DNA from: Arenicellales bacterium
Lineage (GTDB): Bacteria > Pseudomonadota > Gammaproteobacteria > Arenicellales > Poriferihabitantaceae
NCBI GenBank assembly: GCA_963693025.1
Contig: OY843749.1
Location: 2,381,615 to 2,445,614 of the forward strand
Reading direction: 5' to 3'
DNA length: 64,000 nucleotides
In this document: one piece after another, positions 1 through 9,429 of the stretch
Position numbering within the stretch: the stretch's first letter is position 1
Layout of the letters: each line of letters begins with the position of its first letter
Notes under the pieces: model-generated
What the model saw: only the letters and a program-made list of their open reading frames with translations
What the model was told of the DNA's origin: nothing
Database searches by the model: none
Made by a program: the position numbers and the translations under genes

Positions 1-2
1 CG

Positions 3-3000
3 GTGTCGACGGACGCGGTGAGCGTGACCGAGGGCGGGGACCCCACCGACCAAAGGTATACCGTGGTATTGCAAACCCAGCCGGCGGGCTTGGTGACGAT
101 TGTGCCGATTAGCGGCGACAACGACATCGCCATCCCCGCGCCCGGCTTGACCTTCAGCCCCGCCAACTGGGACACGCCGCAGACGTTCGCCGTCACCGGC
201 ACGCACGACAACGACTTGGCGGATAATTCCATCAACATTCGCCACGCGGTGTTCAACTACGCGGGCGTGACCGGGTTGGATGTGGACGCGGTGCGGGTGA
301 CGGTGCTGGACGACGACACCGCCGGCGTGGCGTTTTCGGTGCGCGCGCTCACGGTGTGCGAAGACGCGGGCGGCGCGTTGTGTCCCGCCGGCGCGGGCGC
401 GAGCGCGGCGTATACCGTGGCGCTGACGTTTCCGCCCAATGTCGGCGATGTGATGGTGACGGTGATGCCGAGCGGCAATCAAGTGACCGTTGTGCCGACG
501 AGCGCCAGCCCATTGATTTTCACCGACTTGAATTGGAGCGAGCCGCAAGCGGTTCGCGTCACCGCCGCCGGGACGGATGCGGATGCGGCGGACGAGACCG
601 TGACGCTGACGCATGCGGTGGCGGGGCGGGGGCATTATGCCGGCGTCACCGCCGCCGAGGTGGTGGCGACGGTGGCGGACGGCGACAGCAACGGCGTCAC
701 GGTGAGCCCGACTGCGTTGCAGGTCGGCGAAGGCGGCGCGGGCAGCGAGGCGCACTACACGCTGCGGCTGACCGCGCAACCGGTCGCCGGTAGCGTGACG
801 GTGACGGCGCGCAGCGAAGATGCCGCGCTCGCCACGCTCGACCGCGGCGCGGTAACCTTCACCACCGCCGATTGGAATGTGGCGCAGACGGTCACGGTCA
901 GCGGCGTGGAGGATTTGGACGCTTTTGATGAGACGCTGACGATTACGCACGCGGTGAGCGCCGACAGCGACGACGATTACAACACCGTGACGGCGGCGGG
1001 GGTGACGGTGACGGTGCGCGATAACGACACGCCCGGTTTTGACATTTCGGTCGATGCGCTGACCGTTGCCGAAGGCGGGAGCGAAGCCTATACCTTGCGC
1101 CTGACGACGATGCCGAACGCGGATGTGCGGGTTAGCATCACCGGCTTCAATGCCGAATCCATCGAACTCGTCGGCGAACTGACCTTCACCGCCGCCAACT
1201 GGAGCGAGCCGCAAACGATTAGCGTGTCAGCCGCGACGGATTTTGACGGCAACGACGAGCATCCGCGGATTGACCACCGCGCGTCGGGCGGCGGTTACGG
1301 CAGCGCCCGGGTCTCGCAAATCGCGGTGACGGTGCTGGACCCCGACGTGCCCGGCGTGACAGTGTCCGCCGAGCGCCTGATGCTGGGCGAGGGCGACGGC
1401 GGGGGCGGGAGTTATACCGTGGTGCTGGACACCAGTCCGGCGGACGGCACGGTCGTGGTGACGCCGTCGCCGATGCCCGCCGACCACGACTTGACGCTCA
1501 GCCGAGACGGCGCTCCGCTGACACCCGGCGGCGCGTTGACCTTCACCGACGCCGACTGGAACGTGGCGCAGACCGTCACCGTGACCGCCGCCGTGGATGC
1601 GGACGACACCACCGACACCGCCATCATCAACCACGCGGTGAGCGGATACCGTGACATAACGAGCGCCGACAGCGTGCGCGTGACGGTCGCCGAGCGCATC
1701 ACGCTGGGCTTTGAGCGCGCCGATTATGCGTTCACCGAGGGCGTAACTTCCGCGCTCGGCTTGCACGCGGTGGAGATGTGCGTGGTGGCGAGCCTACCGC
1801 CGGCATCGGGGGAGATTGTCGGCGAGGTGTGGCTATCGGTGGATACGGCGGACGGCACCGCCACCGACCCCGCCGACTACACCGGGCTGAGTGGCTTTGC
1901 GGTCGGTCCGATTAAAGACAGCCAGCGGCGCGCGTGTTTTTCGGTCGCCATACCGGACGACGGGCTGGAAGAAGTTAGCGAGACCTTCACATCGACGCTG
2001 ACCGTGAACGGCGCGACCACGACCGCCGTCAATCCGACCCTTGCCACCGCCACCGCCACCGTGACGCTGGCGGACAACGATGTCGCGGGCGTGCACATTT
2101 CGCAGACGCGCCTGAACTTGAACGAGGGCGGCGCGGCGCGGCAATACACCGTGGCGCTCGGCACGACGCCCGGCGCGGGCGAGGTGGTGACGGTGACGCC
2201 GGCGCTGGAACCGGCTTCGGGTCACGGCGTGTCGCTCACCCCCGGCGGCGCGCTGACCTTCACCGCCGACGACTGGAATGCGGCGCAGACGGTCACCGTG
2301 AGCGCCGCCGATGACAGCGATGCGCTCTCTTCCACGGTCACGATTACGCACGCGGTGAGCGGTTACGGCGGCGTGACTGCCGCCGACGTGACGCTGTTGG
2401 TGCTGGATGACGACGCGCCGGGGGTCGCGGTGTCGGTGGCGGCGCTGGACGTGGATGAAGGCGCCGCCGCCGACTACATCGTGGCGCTGAACACCGCGCC
2501 GAGCGGCAACGTGACGGTGACGCCGAGCGTGGCGCCGCCCGGACACGATTTGACCCTGACTCCCAGTGGCGCGCTGACCTTCACCACCGCCAACTGGAAT
2601 ACGGCGCAGACGGTGTCGGTGAGCGCCGCCACGGACGCCGATGCGTTTGACGACAGCGCGACCATCAGCCACGCGGTCGCCGGCTACGGCATGGTGACCA
2701 CCGCCGCCGCCGTGCGAATCCGCATCGCCGACCCGGACACTCCGGGCGTGACGGTGTCGACGGATGCGGTGAGCGTGACCGAGGGCGGGGCGGCAACCGA
2801 CGAGGTTTATACCGTGGCGCTGCAAACCCAGCCGGCGGGCGCGGTGACGATTGTGGCGGTCAGCGACGACAACGACATCGCCGCCGCCGCCCCCGCCGAT
2901 GGCTTGACCTTTTCCCCCGACAACTGGGACACGCCGCAAGCGGTGACCGTCCTCGGCGCGCATGACATCAACACCGAAGACACCAGCATTGTCATTCGCC

Positions 3001-6000
3001 ACTTGGTGTTCAACTACGCGGGCGTGAGCGGATTGGATGTGGACACGGTGCGGGCGGTGGTGGCGGACGACGACGAGCCGGGCGTCAGCATTTTGCCGCT
3101 CGCCCTGACGGTGTGCGAAGACGGCGGCGGCGGGAGTTGCCCCGCCGGCGCCGGCGCAAGCGCGGCGTATTCGGTGGCGTTGGATTTTCCGCCCGCGGTC
3201 GGCGATGTGACGATTACGGTGCCCGCGGACGGCAATCAAGTCACCCTCATGACCGCAATGCCCACACGCGCGCTGGTTTTCACCGCTGATGATTGGGATG
3301 TTCGCCGCACCGTGCGCGTCACCGCCGCGTCGGATGCGGACGCCGAAGACGAGACCGTGACGCTGGTGCATGCGCTCGCCGGGCAGGCGGAGTATGACGA
3401 CGTCAGCGCCGACGATGTGGTGGCGACGGTGCTGGACGACGACACCAACGGCGTGATGGCAAGCCCGAGCGCGTTGCAGGCGGACGAGGGCGCCGCCACC
3501 CACTACACGCTGCGGCTGGTGACGCAGCCGGTGGGCGGCGATGTGACCGTAACGCCGAGCGGCGCGCCGATGGGTCACGACCTGACGCTGGAGCCCGCCG
3601 CGTTGACCTTCACCGCCGCCGACTGGAATGTGGCGCAGACGGTTAGCGTGAGCGCCGCCGAAGACGGCGACCCCGACGACGACACCGCCACGATTAGCCA
3701 CGCGGTCGGCGGCGCGAATTATGACGGCGCCGATGTGAGCGCCGCTGTGGTGGGCGTGGTCATCACCGACGACGACATTCCCGCCGTCAACATTTCGCGG
3801 CTCGCCTTGACCGTGGTTGAGGGAAGCGACACCGCCTACGCCATCGCGCTCGCCACCCTCCCCACCGGCGATGTCGTGCTCACGCCGAGCATCGTGCCGG
3901 ACGGACACGACTTGACGCTGACTCCGAGCGGCGCGCTGACCTTCACCGCCGACGACTGGGACACCTTGCAGACGGTGACCGTCGCCGCCGCCGCCGACGC
4001 CGATGATTTTGACGACTTCGCCACCATCCGTTACGCGGTCAGCGGCTACGGCGATGTGGAAGCCGAGCCGATTGCGGTGACGATTAGTGACCCCGAAGAC
4101 TATATGCCGACCTTCCCCGCCGGCACGACGCCGGACGCGCAGACCTACAACGTCGGCATCGGCATCACGCCGGTGACGCTGCCATTGGCGAGCGGCGGCA
4201 GCGGCACGCTGACCTATGCGCTGACGCCGGAGGTGGCGAGCGCGTTGCCGGGGCTGTCGTTTGACATTGAGACGCGCGTGTTGAGCGGCATACCGAGCGC
4301 GGTCGCCGCCCGGCTGACGCTGACCTTCACCGCCACCGATTCGGACGTGGTCGACCCCGACACCGCCGCGCTGAGTTTCGCCGTCACGGTGGAAATCGCG
4401 CCGGGTGGCGTGCTGATGCCGGAGGCGTTGGCGGTCACCGAGGGCGCGGCGGTGGCGAGCGGTTTCACGATTCGGCTGGCGGGCTCGCCCGGTGGCAGCG
4501 ATGTGATTACCGCCACGCCGACCGTCACGCCGGCGAGCCACGGCTTGACCCTAAGCCGCAACGGCGTTCCGCTATTGCCGGCGGGCGCGCTGTCGTTCGC
4601 CGCCGCCGACTGGAATACGCCGCAGGCGGTCTCGGTGCTGGCGGCCACCGACGACGACCTCGCCGCGCGCGAAGCCACGATTACCTACACGCTGACCAGC
4701 GGCGAATCCAACCCGGTCTATGCCGGCATCACCGCCGCGCTGACGGTGAGCGTCGCCAATATTGAGCGCGGCTCGCTGGTGATTTCCACCGCCGCGCTCA
4801 GCCTGAGCGAAGGCGGCGCGGCGGACGCTTACGGCATTCGCCTCGGCAAACGCCCGGTCACCGGGATGGTGACGGTGACGCCGATTGGCGGGCGCTCGGC
4901 GAGCGGCAGCGGCGAGATTAGTCTCTCCCCCGCCGCGCTGGTGTTCACGCGCGCCAACTGGAACAGCGCGCAGAATATCAGCGTCACCGCGCTGCACGAC
5001 GCCGACGTCGCCGACGGCGTGGTCACGGTCAGCCACAGGCTGACGGCGGGCGCGGAGAGCGGTTACCTCAGCGCCGATTCGGTGAACGACTTCGTGTCGG
5101 TGGCGGTTGCCGACGACGACGCGCCGGCGATTGCGCTGAATCCGCCGGCGGGACTCTCGGCGCGCGAGGGCTTTGCCACGTCCTATACCGTGGCGCTGCA
5201 ATTCCAGCCGAGCGGCGGCGATGTGACGGTGGCGGTGCGCGAGGAGCCGGATGAGCCGGCGCTGACGCTGACGCCGGCGGCGCTGACCTTCAGCCCCGCC
5301 AACTGGGCGACGCCGCAGGCGGTGACGGTGCGCGCCGCCGAGGATGCGGATGCGATTGACGAGGCCGCGGTGTCGGTCGTGCATACGGCGAGCGGGGCGG
5401 ATTACGACGGTCCGCCGCCGGTTGTGGCGAGCATTCCCATCGACATCACCGACACCGACACCGCCGCCGTGGTCGTGTCGCAACGCACGGTGGCGGTGCG
5501 CGAGGGCGGCGCGTTCGCCTACACCGTGCGCCTCAGCAGCAGCCCCGGCATGGACGCGGGCGCGATGGCGACGGTGACTACGCAAGCCGCGGCTGATGAT
5601 TTGCGCGTCACGCCCGCCGCGTTGACGTTCAGCGCCGACAACTGGGCGGAAGAGCAAACGGTCGCAGTGACGGTGTTGCAAGACGACAAGGACGACGACG
5701 AGACCGTCACCATCCGCCACAGCGCGCTCGGCTACGGCGGGCTGGTCGGCGGCGTCGACGATGTGGTGGTGGAGATTAGCGACGACGACGAGCGCGGCTT
5801 GGTGTTCACGCCGGGAACACGTTTGGCGGTGGATGAAATCGTCACCGCCACCTACACCATCGCGCTGGCGACCGAGCCCGACGAGGACGTGATGATTGCG
5901 CTGAGCGCGTCGCCGCCGGGCAACGACTTGACGCTCATCCACGCCGGCGTGCTGACCTTCACCCCCGCCAACTGGGGCGGCGCGCAGGTGGTCAGCGTAT

Positions 6001-8153
6001 ACGCCAACGAGGACGACGACCCCGACCACGAGTCGGCGACCATCGCCCACGCGGTCAGCGGCTACGGGCGCATCACCGCCGGGTCGGTGGTGGTGGACAT
6101 CAACGACACCGTCGCGGCGCTGGCATTCGTCGCCGGCGACGACGTGACGGTGGATGCCCAGACTTACACCCGCGGCGAGGCGGTGGCGGTGACCCTGCCG
6201 GCGGTACTCGGCGGCGAAGGCGCGCTGAACTTCGCGTTGTCGCCGGAAGTGAGCGCGGCGGTGCCGGGGCTCGCCTTTGACGCGGCGACTCAGGTGTTGA
6301 GCGGCGCGCCGTCCACGGTGGCGGGCGCGGTCGCGCTGACCTACGCGATTACCGACGAGGAGAACACGCGCATCGCGTTGACGTTCACCGTCACGGTGTT
6401 GCCGATGCACGCGATTACGCTGCCCGACATGGCGATGGGTCCGCTCATCGTGCCATTGGGCGAGTCGGTGACTTACGCCGTGGCGCTCAACCGCTGGCCC
6501 CCCACGGACGTGGTGCTGGAGTTGTCGGTGCCGCTGCGCGCGGGCGAGACGGTGTCGCACATGACCCTGAGCGCCGAGCGGCTGACCTTCACGCAGAGCA
6601 ACTGGAGCGTGCGCCAATCGGTGACGGCGACACCGCAGGTCGGCGCGGTCGGCGATTACCGCATCACCCACCGCGTGGCGTCGGGCGAGTTTCCGGCGCC
6701 GATTGGCGATGTGATGGTGCGCGTGCGCCTTCCGGGTCGCGCGCTGGATGGCGTCAATCAAGTGATTCTGCCTGAAATCACCCGCGCGATGAGCGACCAG
6801 CAAATCGGCGCGATTGCGCGGCGGGTTGCGCAGGCGAGGGCGGATATGGCGGCTGCCGATGGCGGCGGTGGCGGCTCCGGTTTGCGCGCGAGTCTCGGCG
6901 GGCTGTCGTCGCCGGCGGCGTTGGTGGCGACGCAGATGCAGGCACTGGCTGACGGCGGCGTGGATGCGAAGAAACTGCTCGGCGGCGCGGAATTTGTGTT
7001 GCCGTTGAATGTGGGGTCGGGCGCAGGGTCGGGCGAGGGCGAGCATCCGGGCGTCTCCATGTGGGGCGGCGGCGACTATCGGGAACTCGGCGGCAAGAGC
7101 GAATCGGAGACCGTTGAGTGGGATGGTAGTTTGGTGAGCGCGAATGTCGGCGTGGACGCCCACCTGCGCGGCGGCTTGCTGGGGGGGATGATGGTGTCGT
7201 GGAGCGACGCCGACTTGACATACACCGACGACACCAACATCTCGCAAGAGCGCGGCGACTACACATTGGAGATGGCGAGCATCCACCCGTATATCGCCAC
7301 CAGCACACCCGGCGGCTGGCTGGACTGGTGGGCGACGCTCGGCTACGGCAACGGCGAAGTGGAAATCAGCAACGAGGGCCACGACACGCGCGCCAGCAGC
7401 GACATCACCCTGCAAACCGCCGGCGCCGGCATCAATGGCCGCCTGCTGGCGCGCAACGAAGGCGAGTTGCGCCTCAAAGCCGAAGCCTTCTCCACGCGCA
7501 CCGAAGTGGAAGGCGGCGACGAGCCCGCCGGCGCCGGCGCGGCGCGCCTGTCCGAACTGCAAACCCGCGTCAGCCGCCTGCGCGTCGCAATACAAGCCAA
7601 CAAACCCACCACCACCGCCGGCGGCGCGCGCCTGGAGCCGTCGCTGGAAGTCGGCTACCGCCACGACGGCGGAGACGGCATCACCGGCGGCGGCATAGAA
7701 CTCGGCGCCGCCCTAAACTACCAAAACCCCGCCCGCAGCCTAACCCTCGCCCTCCACACCCGCGCCCTAATCTCCGACAACGACCAAAAAGAATTCGCCA
7801 TAGGCACCAACCTACGCCTAATCCCCGGCCCCGACCACCAAGGCCTATCCCTATCCCTAACCCCCACCTACGGCAACACCACCGCCAACCCCGAAAAAAT
7901 CTGGCAAACCGGCGCGCCCGACACCGCTCCCGCCGACCACCAACCCCACCTAAACGCCACCATAGCCTACGGCCTTCCCGCCCTGACCCCTTACGGCGAA
8001 ATGACTTTGGGGAAGGGAGATAAAAACTACCGCGTAGGGTTGCGTTGGGGGTTGGGTGGTTCGTTTGACTTGAACTTGGCGGGGGAGAGGGAGGAGAAGG
8101 TTGATGCGACGGCGAGGCATGCGATTTGGCTTACGGGGGAGGTGCGGTTTTAG
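3..8153 (+). CDS. Giant repeat-module surface adhesin with C-terminal autotransporter-type beta-barrel; 5' end lies outside the window
   Basis: Uninterrupted 2716-codon frame from the window edge. A ~100-aa module (V.EGG..Y.V.L...P...VTVTP....LTF....W...Q.V.V.A..D.D..D...I.H.V..Y) recurs >20 times. Two Ig/cadherin-like inserts (nt ~4090-4390 and ~6115-6400, ..LPGL.FD...VLSG.PS). The last ~300 aa are G/aromatic-rich amphipathic strands ending WLTGEVRF (terminal Phe, an OM-barrel hallmark). Confidence 0.8.
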   Translation: MSTDAVSVTEGGDPTDQRYTVVLQTQPAGLVTIVPISGDNDIAIPAPGLTFSPANWDTPQTFAVTGTHDNDLADNSINIRHAVFNYAGVTGLDVDAVRVTVLDDDTAGVAFSVRALTVCEDAGGALCPAGAGASAAYTVALTFPPNVGDVMVTVMPSGNQVTVVPTSASPLIFTDLNWSEPQAVRVTAAGTDADAADETVTLTHAVAGRGHYAGVTAAEVVATVADGDSNGVTVSPTALQVGEGGAGSEAHYTLRLTAQPVAGSVTVTARSEDAALATLDRGAVTFTTADWNVAQTVTVSGVEDLDAFDETLTITHAVSADSDDDYNTVTAAGVTVTVRDNDTPGFDISVDALTVAEGGSEAYTLRLTTMPNADVRVSITGFNAESIELVGELTFTAANWSEPQTISVSAATDFDGNDEHPRIDHRASGGGYGSARVSQIAVTVLDPDVPGVTVSAERLMLGEGDGGGGSYTVVLDTSPADGTVVVTPSPMPADHDLTLSRDGAPLTPGGALTFTDADWNVAQTVTVTAAVDADDTTDTAIINHAVSGYRDITSADSVRVTVAERITLGFERADYAFTEGVTSALGLHAVEMCVVASLPPASGEIVGEVWLSVDTADGTATDPADYTGLSGFAVGPIKDSQRRACFSVAIPDDGLEEVSETFTSTLTVNGATTTAVNPTLATATATVTLADNDVAGVHISQTRLNLNEGGAARQYTVALGTTPGAGEVVTVTPALEPASGHGVSLTPGGALTFTADDWNAAQTVTVSAADDSDALSSTVTITHAVSGYGGVTAADVTLLVLDDDAPGVAVSVAALDVDEGAAADYIVALNTAPSGNVTVTPSVAPPGHDLTLTPSGALTFTTANWNTAQTVSVSAATDADAFDDSATISHAVAGYGMVTTAAAVRIRIADPDTPGVTVSTDAVSVTEGGAATDEVYTVALQTQPAGAVTIVAVSDDNDIAAAAPADGLTFSPDNWDTPQAVTVLGAHDINTEDTSIVIRHLVFNYAGVSGLDVDTVRAVVADDDEPGVSILPLALTVCEDGGGGSCPAGAGASAAYSVALDFPPAVGDVTITVPADGNQVTLMTAMPTRALVFTADDWDVRRTVRVTAASDADAEDETVTLVHALAGQAEYDDVSADDVVATVLDDDTNGVMASPSALQADEGAATHYTLRLVTQPVGGDVTVTPSGAPMGHDLTLEPAALTFTAADWNVAQTVSVSAAEDGDPDDDTATISHAVGGANYDGADVSAAVVGVVITDDDIPAVNISRLALTVVEGSDTAYAIALATLPTGDVVLTPSIVPDGHDLTLTPSGALTFTADDWDTLQTVTVAAAADADDFDDFATIRYAVSGYGDVEAEPIAVTISDPEDYMPTFPAGTTPDAQTYNVGIGITPVTLPLASGGSGTLTYALTPEVASALPGLSFDIETRVLSGIPSAVAARLTLTFTATDSDVVDPDTAALSFAVTVEIAPGGVLMPEALAVTEGAAVASGFTIRLAGSPGGSDVITATPTVTPASHGLTLSRNGVPLLPAGALSFAAADWNTPQAVSVLAATDDDLAAREATITYTLTSGESNPVYAGITAALTVSVANIERGSLVISTAALSLSEGGAADAYGIRLGKRPVTGMVTVTPIGGRSASGSGEISLSPAALVFTRANWNSAQNISVTALHDADVADGVVTVSHRLTAGAESGYLSADSVNDFVSVAVADDDAPAIALNPPAGLSAREGFATSYTVALQFQPSGGDVTVAVREEPDEPALTLTPAALTFSPANWATPQAVTVRAAEDADAIDEAAVSVVHTASGADYDGPPPVVASIPIDITDTDTAAVVVSQRTVAVREGGAFAYTVRLSSSPGMDAGAMATVTTQAAADDLRVTPAALTFSADNWAEEQTVAVTVLQDDKDDDETVTIRHSALGYGGLVGGVDDVVVEISDDDERGLVFTPGTRLAVDEIVTATYTIALATEPDEDVMIALSASPPGNDLTLIHAGVLTFTPANWGGAQVVSVYANEDDDPDHESATIAHAVSGYGRITAGSVVVDINDTVAALAFVAGDDVTVDAQTYTRGEAVAVTLPAVLGGEGALNFALSPEVSAAVPGLAFDAATQVLSGAPSTVAGAVALTYAITDEENTRIALTFTVTVLPMHAITLPDMAMGPLIVPLGESVTYAVALNRWPPTDVVLELSVPLRAGETVSHMTLSAERLTFTQSNWSVRQSVTATPQVGAVGDYRITHRVASGEFPAPIGDVMVRVRLPGRALDGVNQVILPEITRAMSDQQIGAIARRVAQARADMAAADGGGGGSGLRASLGGLSSPAALVATQMQALADGGVDAKKLLGGAEFVLPLNVGSGAGSGEGEHPGVSMWGGGDYRELGGKSESETVEWDGSLVSANVGVDAHLRGGLLGGMMVSWSDADLTYTDDTNISQERGDYTLEMASIHPYIATSTPGGWLDWWATLGYGNGEVEISNEGHDTRASSDITLQTAGAGINGRLLARNEGELRLKAEAFSTRTEVEGGDEPAGAGAARLSELQTRVSRLRVAIQANKPTTTAGGARLEPSLEVGYRHDGGDGITGGGIELGAALNYQNPARSLTLALHTRALISDNDQKEFAIGTNLRLIPGPDHQGLSLSLTPTYGNTTANPEKIWQTGAPDTAPADHQPHLNATIAYGLPALTPYGEMTLGKGDKNYRVGLRWGLGGSFDLNLAGEREEKVDATARHAIWLTGEVRF

Positions 8154-8174
8154 TTTCGTCATTCCCAACAACCT

Positions 8175-8445
8175 CGTCATTCTCGAGCGTTAGCGCCCGT
8201 TGCCGCGTAGCGGCTTACGGGCGCTTACGACCTCGGGAATCTCATCCCGACTAGCGCTGAGTTCAAACAAAGCGAGCGAAGCAGGCGGCGAGTAAGCCGC
8301 CATTCCCGCTTAAAAGATCGCGGGAATGGCGTTGTTTGGGCTCAGCGCCAACCTTAGGGAGATTCCCGAGGACGCAAGTGTCCGTAAGCCGCCGCTTAAA
8401 AGAAAAAGCGCGGCGACAAACGGACACTAACGCTCGAGAATGACG
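8175..8445. repeat. Modular palindromic intergenic repeat (GTCATTCTCGA family), locus 1
   Basis: Bounded by inverted termini CGTCATTCTCGAGCG (8175) and CGCTCGAGAATGACG (8445). Contains the family modules CTTAGGGAGATTCCCGAGG and GTGTCCGTAAGCCGCCGC..GCGCGGCG.CAAACGGACAC, plus a long internal palindrome (GCGCTGAG.TCAAACAA...TTGTTTGGGCTCAGCGC). Confidence 0.85.
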
Positions 8446-8508
8446 GAGTAGGGGGTTTTCAACAGACGCCACGGACGCCGGCATGCCGGCAAATAGATTT
8501 CGCTTGGC

Positions 8509-8537
8509 TTGATATTTTATTTTCGACAAGGTAAATT
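8509..8537 (+). promoter_or_regulatory. Candidate sigma70-type promoter for rpmH-rnpA
   Basis: TTGATA (8509-8514), 17-nt spacer, TAAATT (8532-8537), about 30 nt upstream of the rpmH ATG. Identified by pattern only. Confidence 0.3.
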
Positions 8538-8567
8538 CCACCCCCTTTCAAGCCATGAACACTCCCG

Positions 8568-8702
8568 ATGAAACGCACTTTTCAACCCAGTGAATTAAAG
8601 CGCAAGCGGACCCACGGGTTTCGGGCGCGTATGCGTACCCGGGCGGGGCGGGCGGTGGTTAATGCTCGGCGTGCCAAGCGGCGGGCGCGGTTGAGCGCCT
8701 GA
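8568..8702 (+). CDS. rpmH: 50S ribosomal protein L34
   Basis: Not in the ORF track (44 aa). My translation is [44 protein letters not shown], the canonical L34 sequence, in the conserved position upstream of rnpA. Confidence 0.95.
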   Translation: MKRTFQPSELKRKRTHGFRARMRTRAGRAVVNARRAKRRARLSA

Positions 8703-8723
8703 TTATTAACTTTCCTGAGGCGG

Positions 8724-8807
8724 GTGCCGGTTTCACTGAGGCGGGGGCTGACTCCACTAATGCGGGGGTCGACTCCACTGAGGCGCGAGCCAACTCCAAT
8801 GAGGCGA
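8724..8807 (+). repeat. Four tandem 21-bp repeats in the rpmH-rnpA spacer
   Basis: ccggtttcactgaggcggggg / ctgactccactaatgcggggg / tcgactccactgaggcgcgag / ccaactccaatgaggcgagag. The period is 21 nt (7 codons). The rnpA reading frame is open across all four units. Confidence 0.85.
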
Positions 8808-8836
8808 GAGACTCCGGCGCAGGGTTTGGGCGGTGG

Positions 8837-9169
8837 TTGCGGTTGATGGACGGGAAGGGGTTTGCGGCGGTTTTTGAGCATAAGACGCGGATGCATTCGG
8901 CGCATTTCAGCGCGCATGTGGCTCCCAGCGGGCTGAGGCATGCGCGCCTTGGGTTGGCGGTGTCGCGGCGGGTGAGCAAGAAGGCGGTTCAGCGCAACCG
9001 GATTAAGCGGCTCATCCGCGAGTCGTTTCGCCAGCACTGGCGGCGACTGGGCGCGGTTGATTATGTCGTGATTGCCAAACACGGCGCGGCAGAGCAACTC
9101 AATCGGACGCTTCGGGCGGAACTGGATAATTTGTGGGGCAAGGCGCGCCGAAAATGCGAAAACTCCTGA
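8837..9169 (+). CDS. rnpA: Ribonuclease P protein component
   Basis: ..FAAVFEH...LGLAVSRRVSKKAVQRNRIKRLIRESFR...DYVVIAKHGA matches the RnpA RNR-motif region. Position follows rpmH. Start uncertain: TTG at 8837 or ATG at 8846, and the frame is open upstream to 8663 with no canonical start. Confidence 0.9.
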   Translation: MRLMDGKGFAAVFEHKTRMHSAHFSAHVAPSGLRHARLGLAVSRRVSKKAVQRNRIKRLIRESFRQHWRRLGAVDYVVIAKHGAAEQLNRTLRAELDNLWGKARRKCENS

Positions 9170-9429
9170 TACTGCCGATTGCGGCATACAAACTGGCGTT
9201 GAGTCCGTTTCTCGGGCGGCGTTGCCGTTTCCACCCCAGTTGCGCCGACTACGCGATGGATGCGATTGACCGGCACGGCGCGCTCGGCGGCGGGTGGATG
9301 GCGGTCAAGCGAATCTCGCGTTGTCATCCGTGGAACGAAGGCGGTGAAGACCCGGTGCCGGGGCGGCGAACCGACACCCGCGCCCGCACCCGCACCCGCA
9401 CCCGCACCGAGCAAAACGACTATGTTTAA
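9154..9429 (+). CDS. yidD: Membrane protein insertion efficiency factor YidD, with unusual (Thr-Arg)n C-terminal tail
   Basis: MRKLLILPIAAYKLALSPFLGRRCRFHPSCADYAMDAI..HGALGGGWMAVKRISRCHPW..GGEDPVP is the YidD signature. Start taken at ATG 9154 rather than the track's 9133. Overlaps the rnpA end and the yidC start. Confidence 0.9.
   Translation: MRKLLILPIAAYKLALSPFLGRRCRFHPSCADYAMDAIDRHGALGGGWMAVKRISRCHPWNEGGEDPVPGRRTDTRARTRTRTRTEQNDYV

Noticed and set aside
1833-7664. Very long minus-strand ORFs antisense to the adhesin gene (1833..4541, 902 aa; 4572..7664, 1030 aa), plus many shorter ones.
   Set aside because: They are Arg/His/Gly/Ala-rich low-complexity translations with no recognisable motifs. 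Such ORFs are expected by chance opposite a high-GC, stop-poor repetitive gene. The plus-strand frame has clear modular domain structure and an OM-barrel terminus.
8446-8567. oriC/DnaA-box cluster near rpmH, or upstream of mnmG.
   Set aside because: I looked for TTATCCACA-like boxes and AT-rich 13-mers in the rpmH upstream region and around mnmG and saw none. The upstream neighbour is an adhesin gene plus a repeat element rather than dnaA, so no origin is claimed.
9260-9421. Track start of yidC at 9260, and similar long N-terminal extensions for mnmG (15928), the MotA-like gene (13470), scpA (33653), yciO (35773), the M24 peptidase (31256), leuA (40163), ilvH (46377) and ilvI (48242).
   Set aside because: The extensions overlap upstream genes or translate repeat elements, and they lack homology to the family N-termini. 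Internal starts reproduce the canonical N-termini and give typical short overlaps between adjacent genes.
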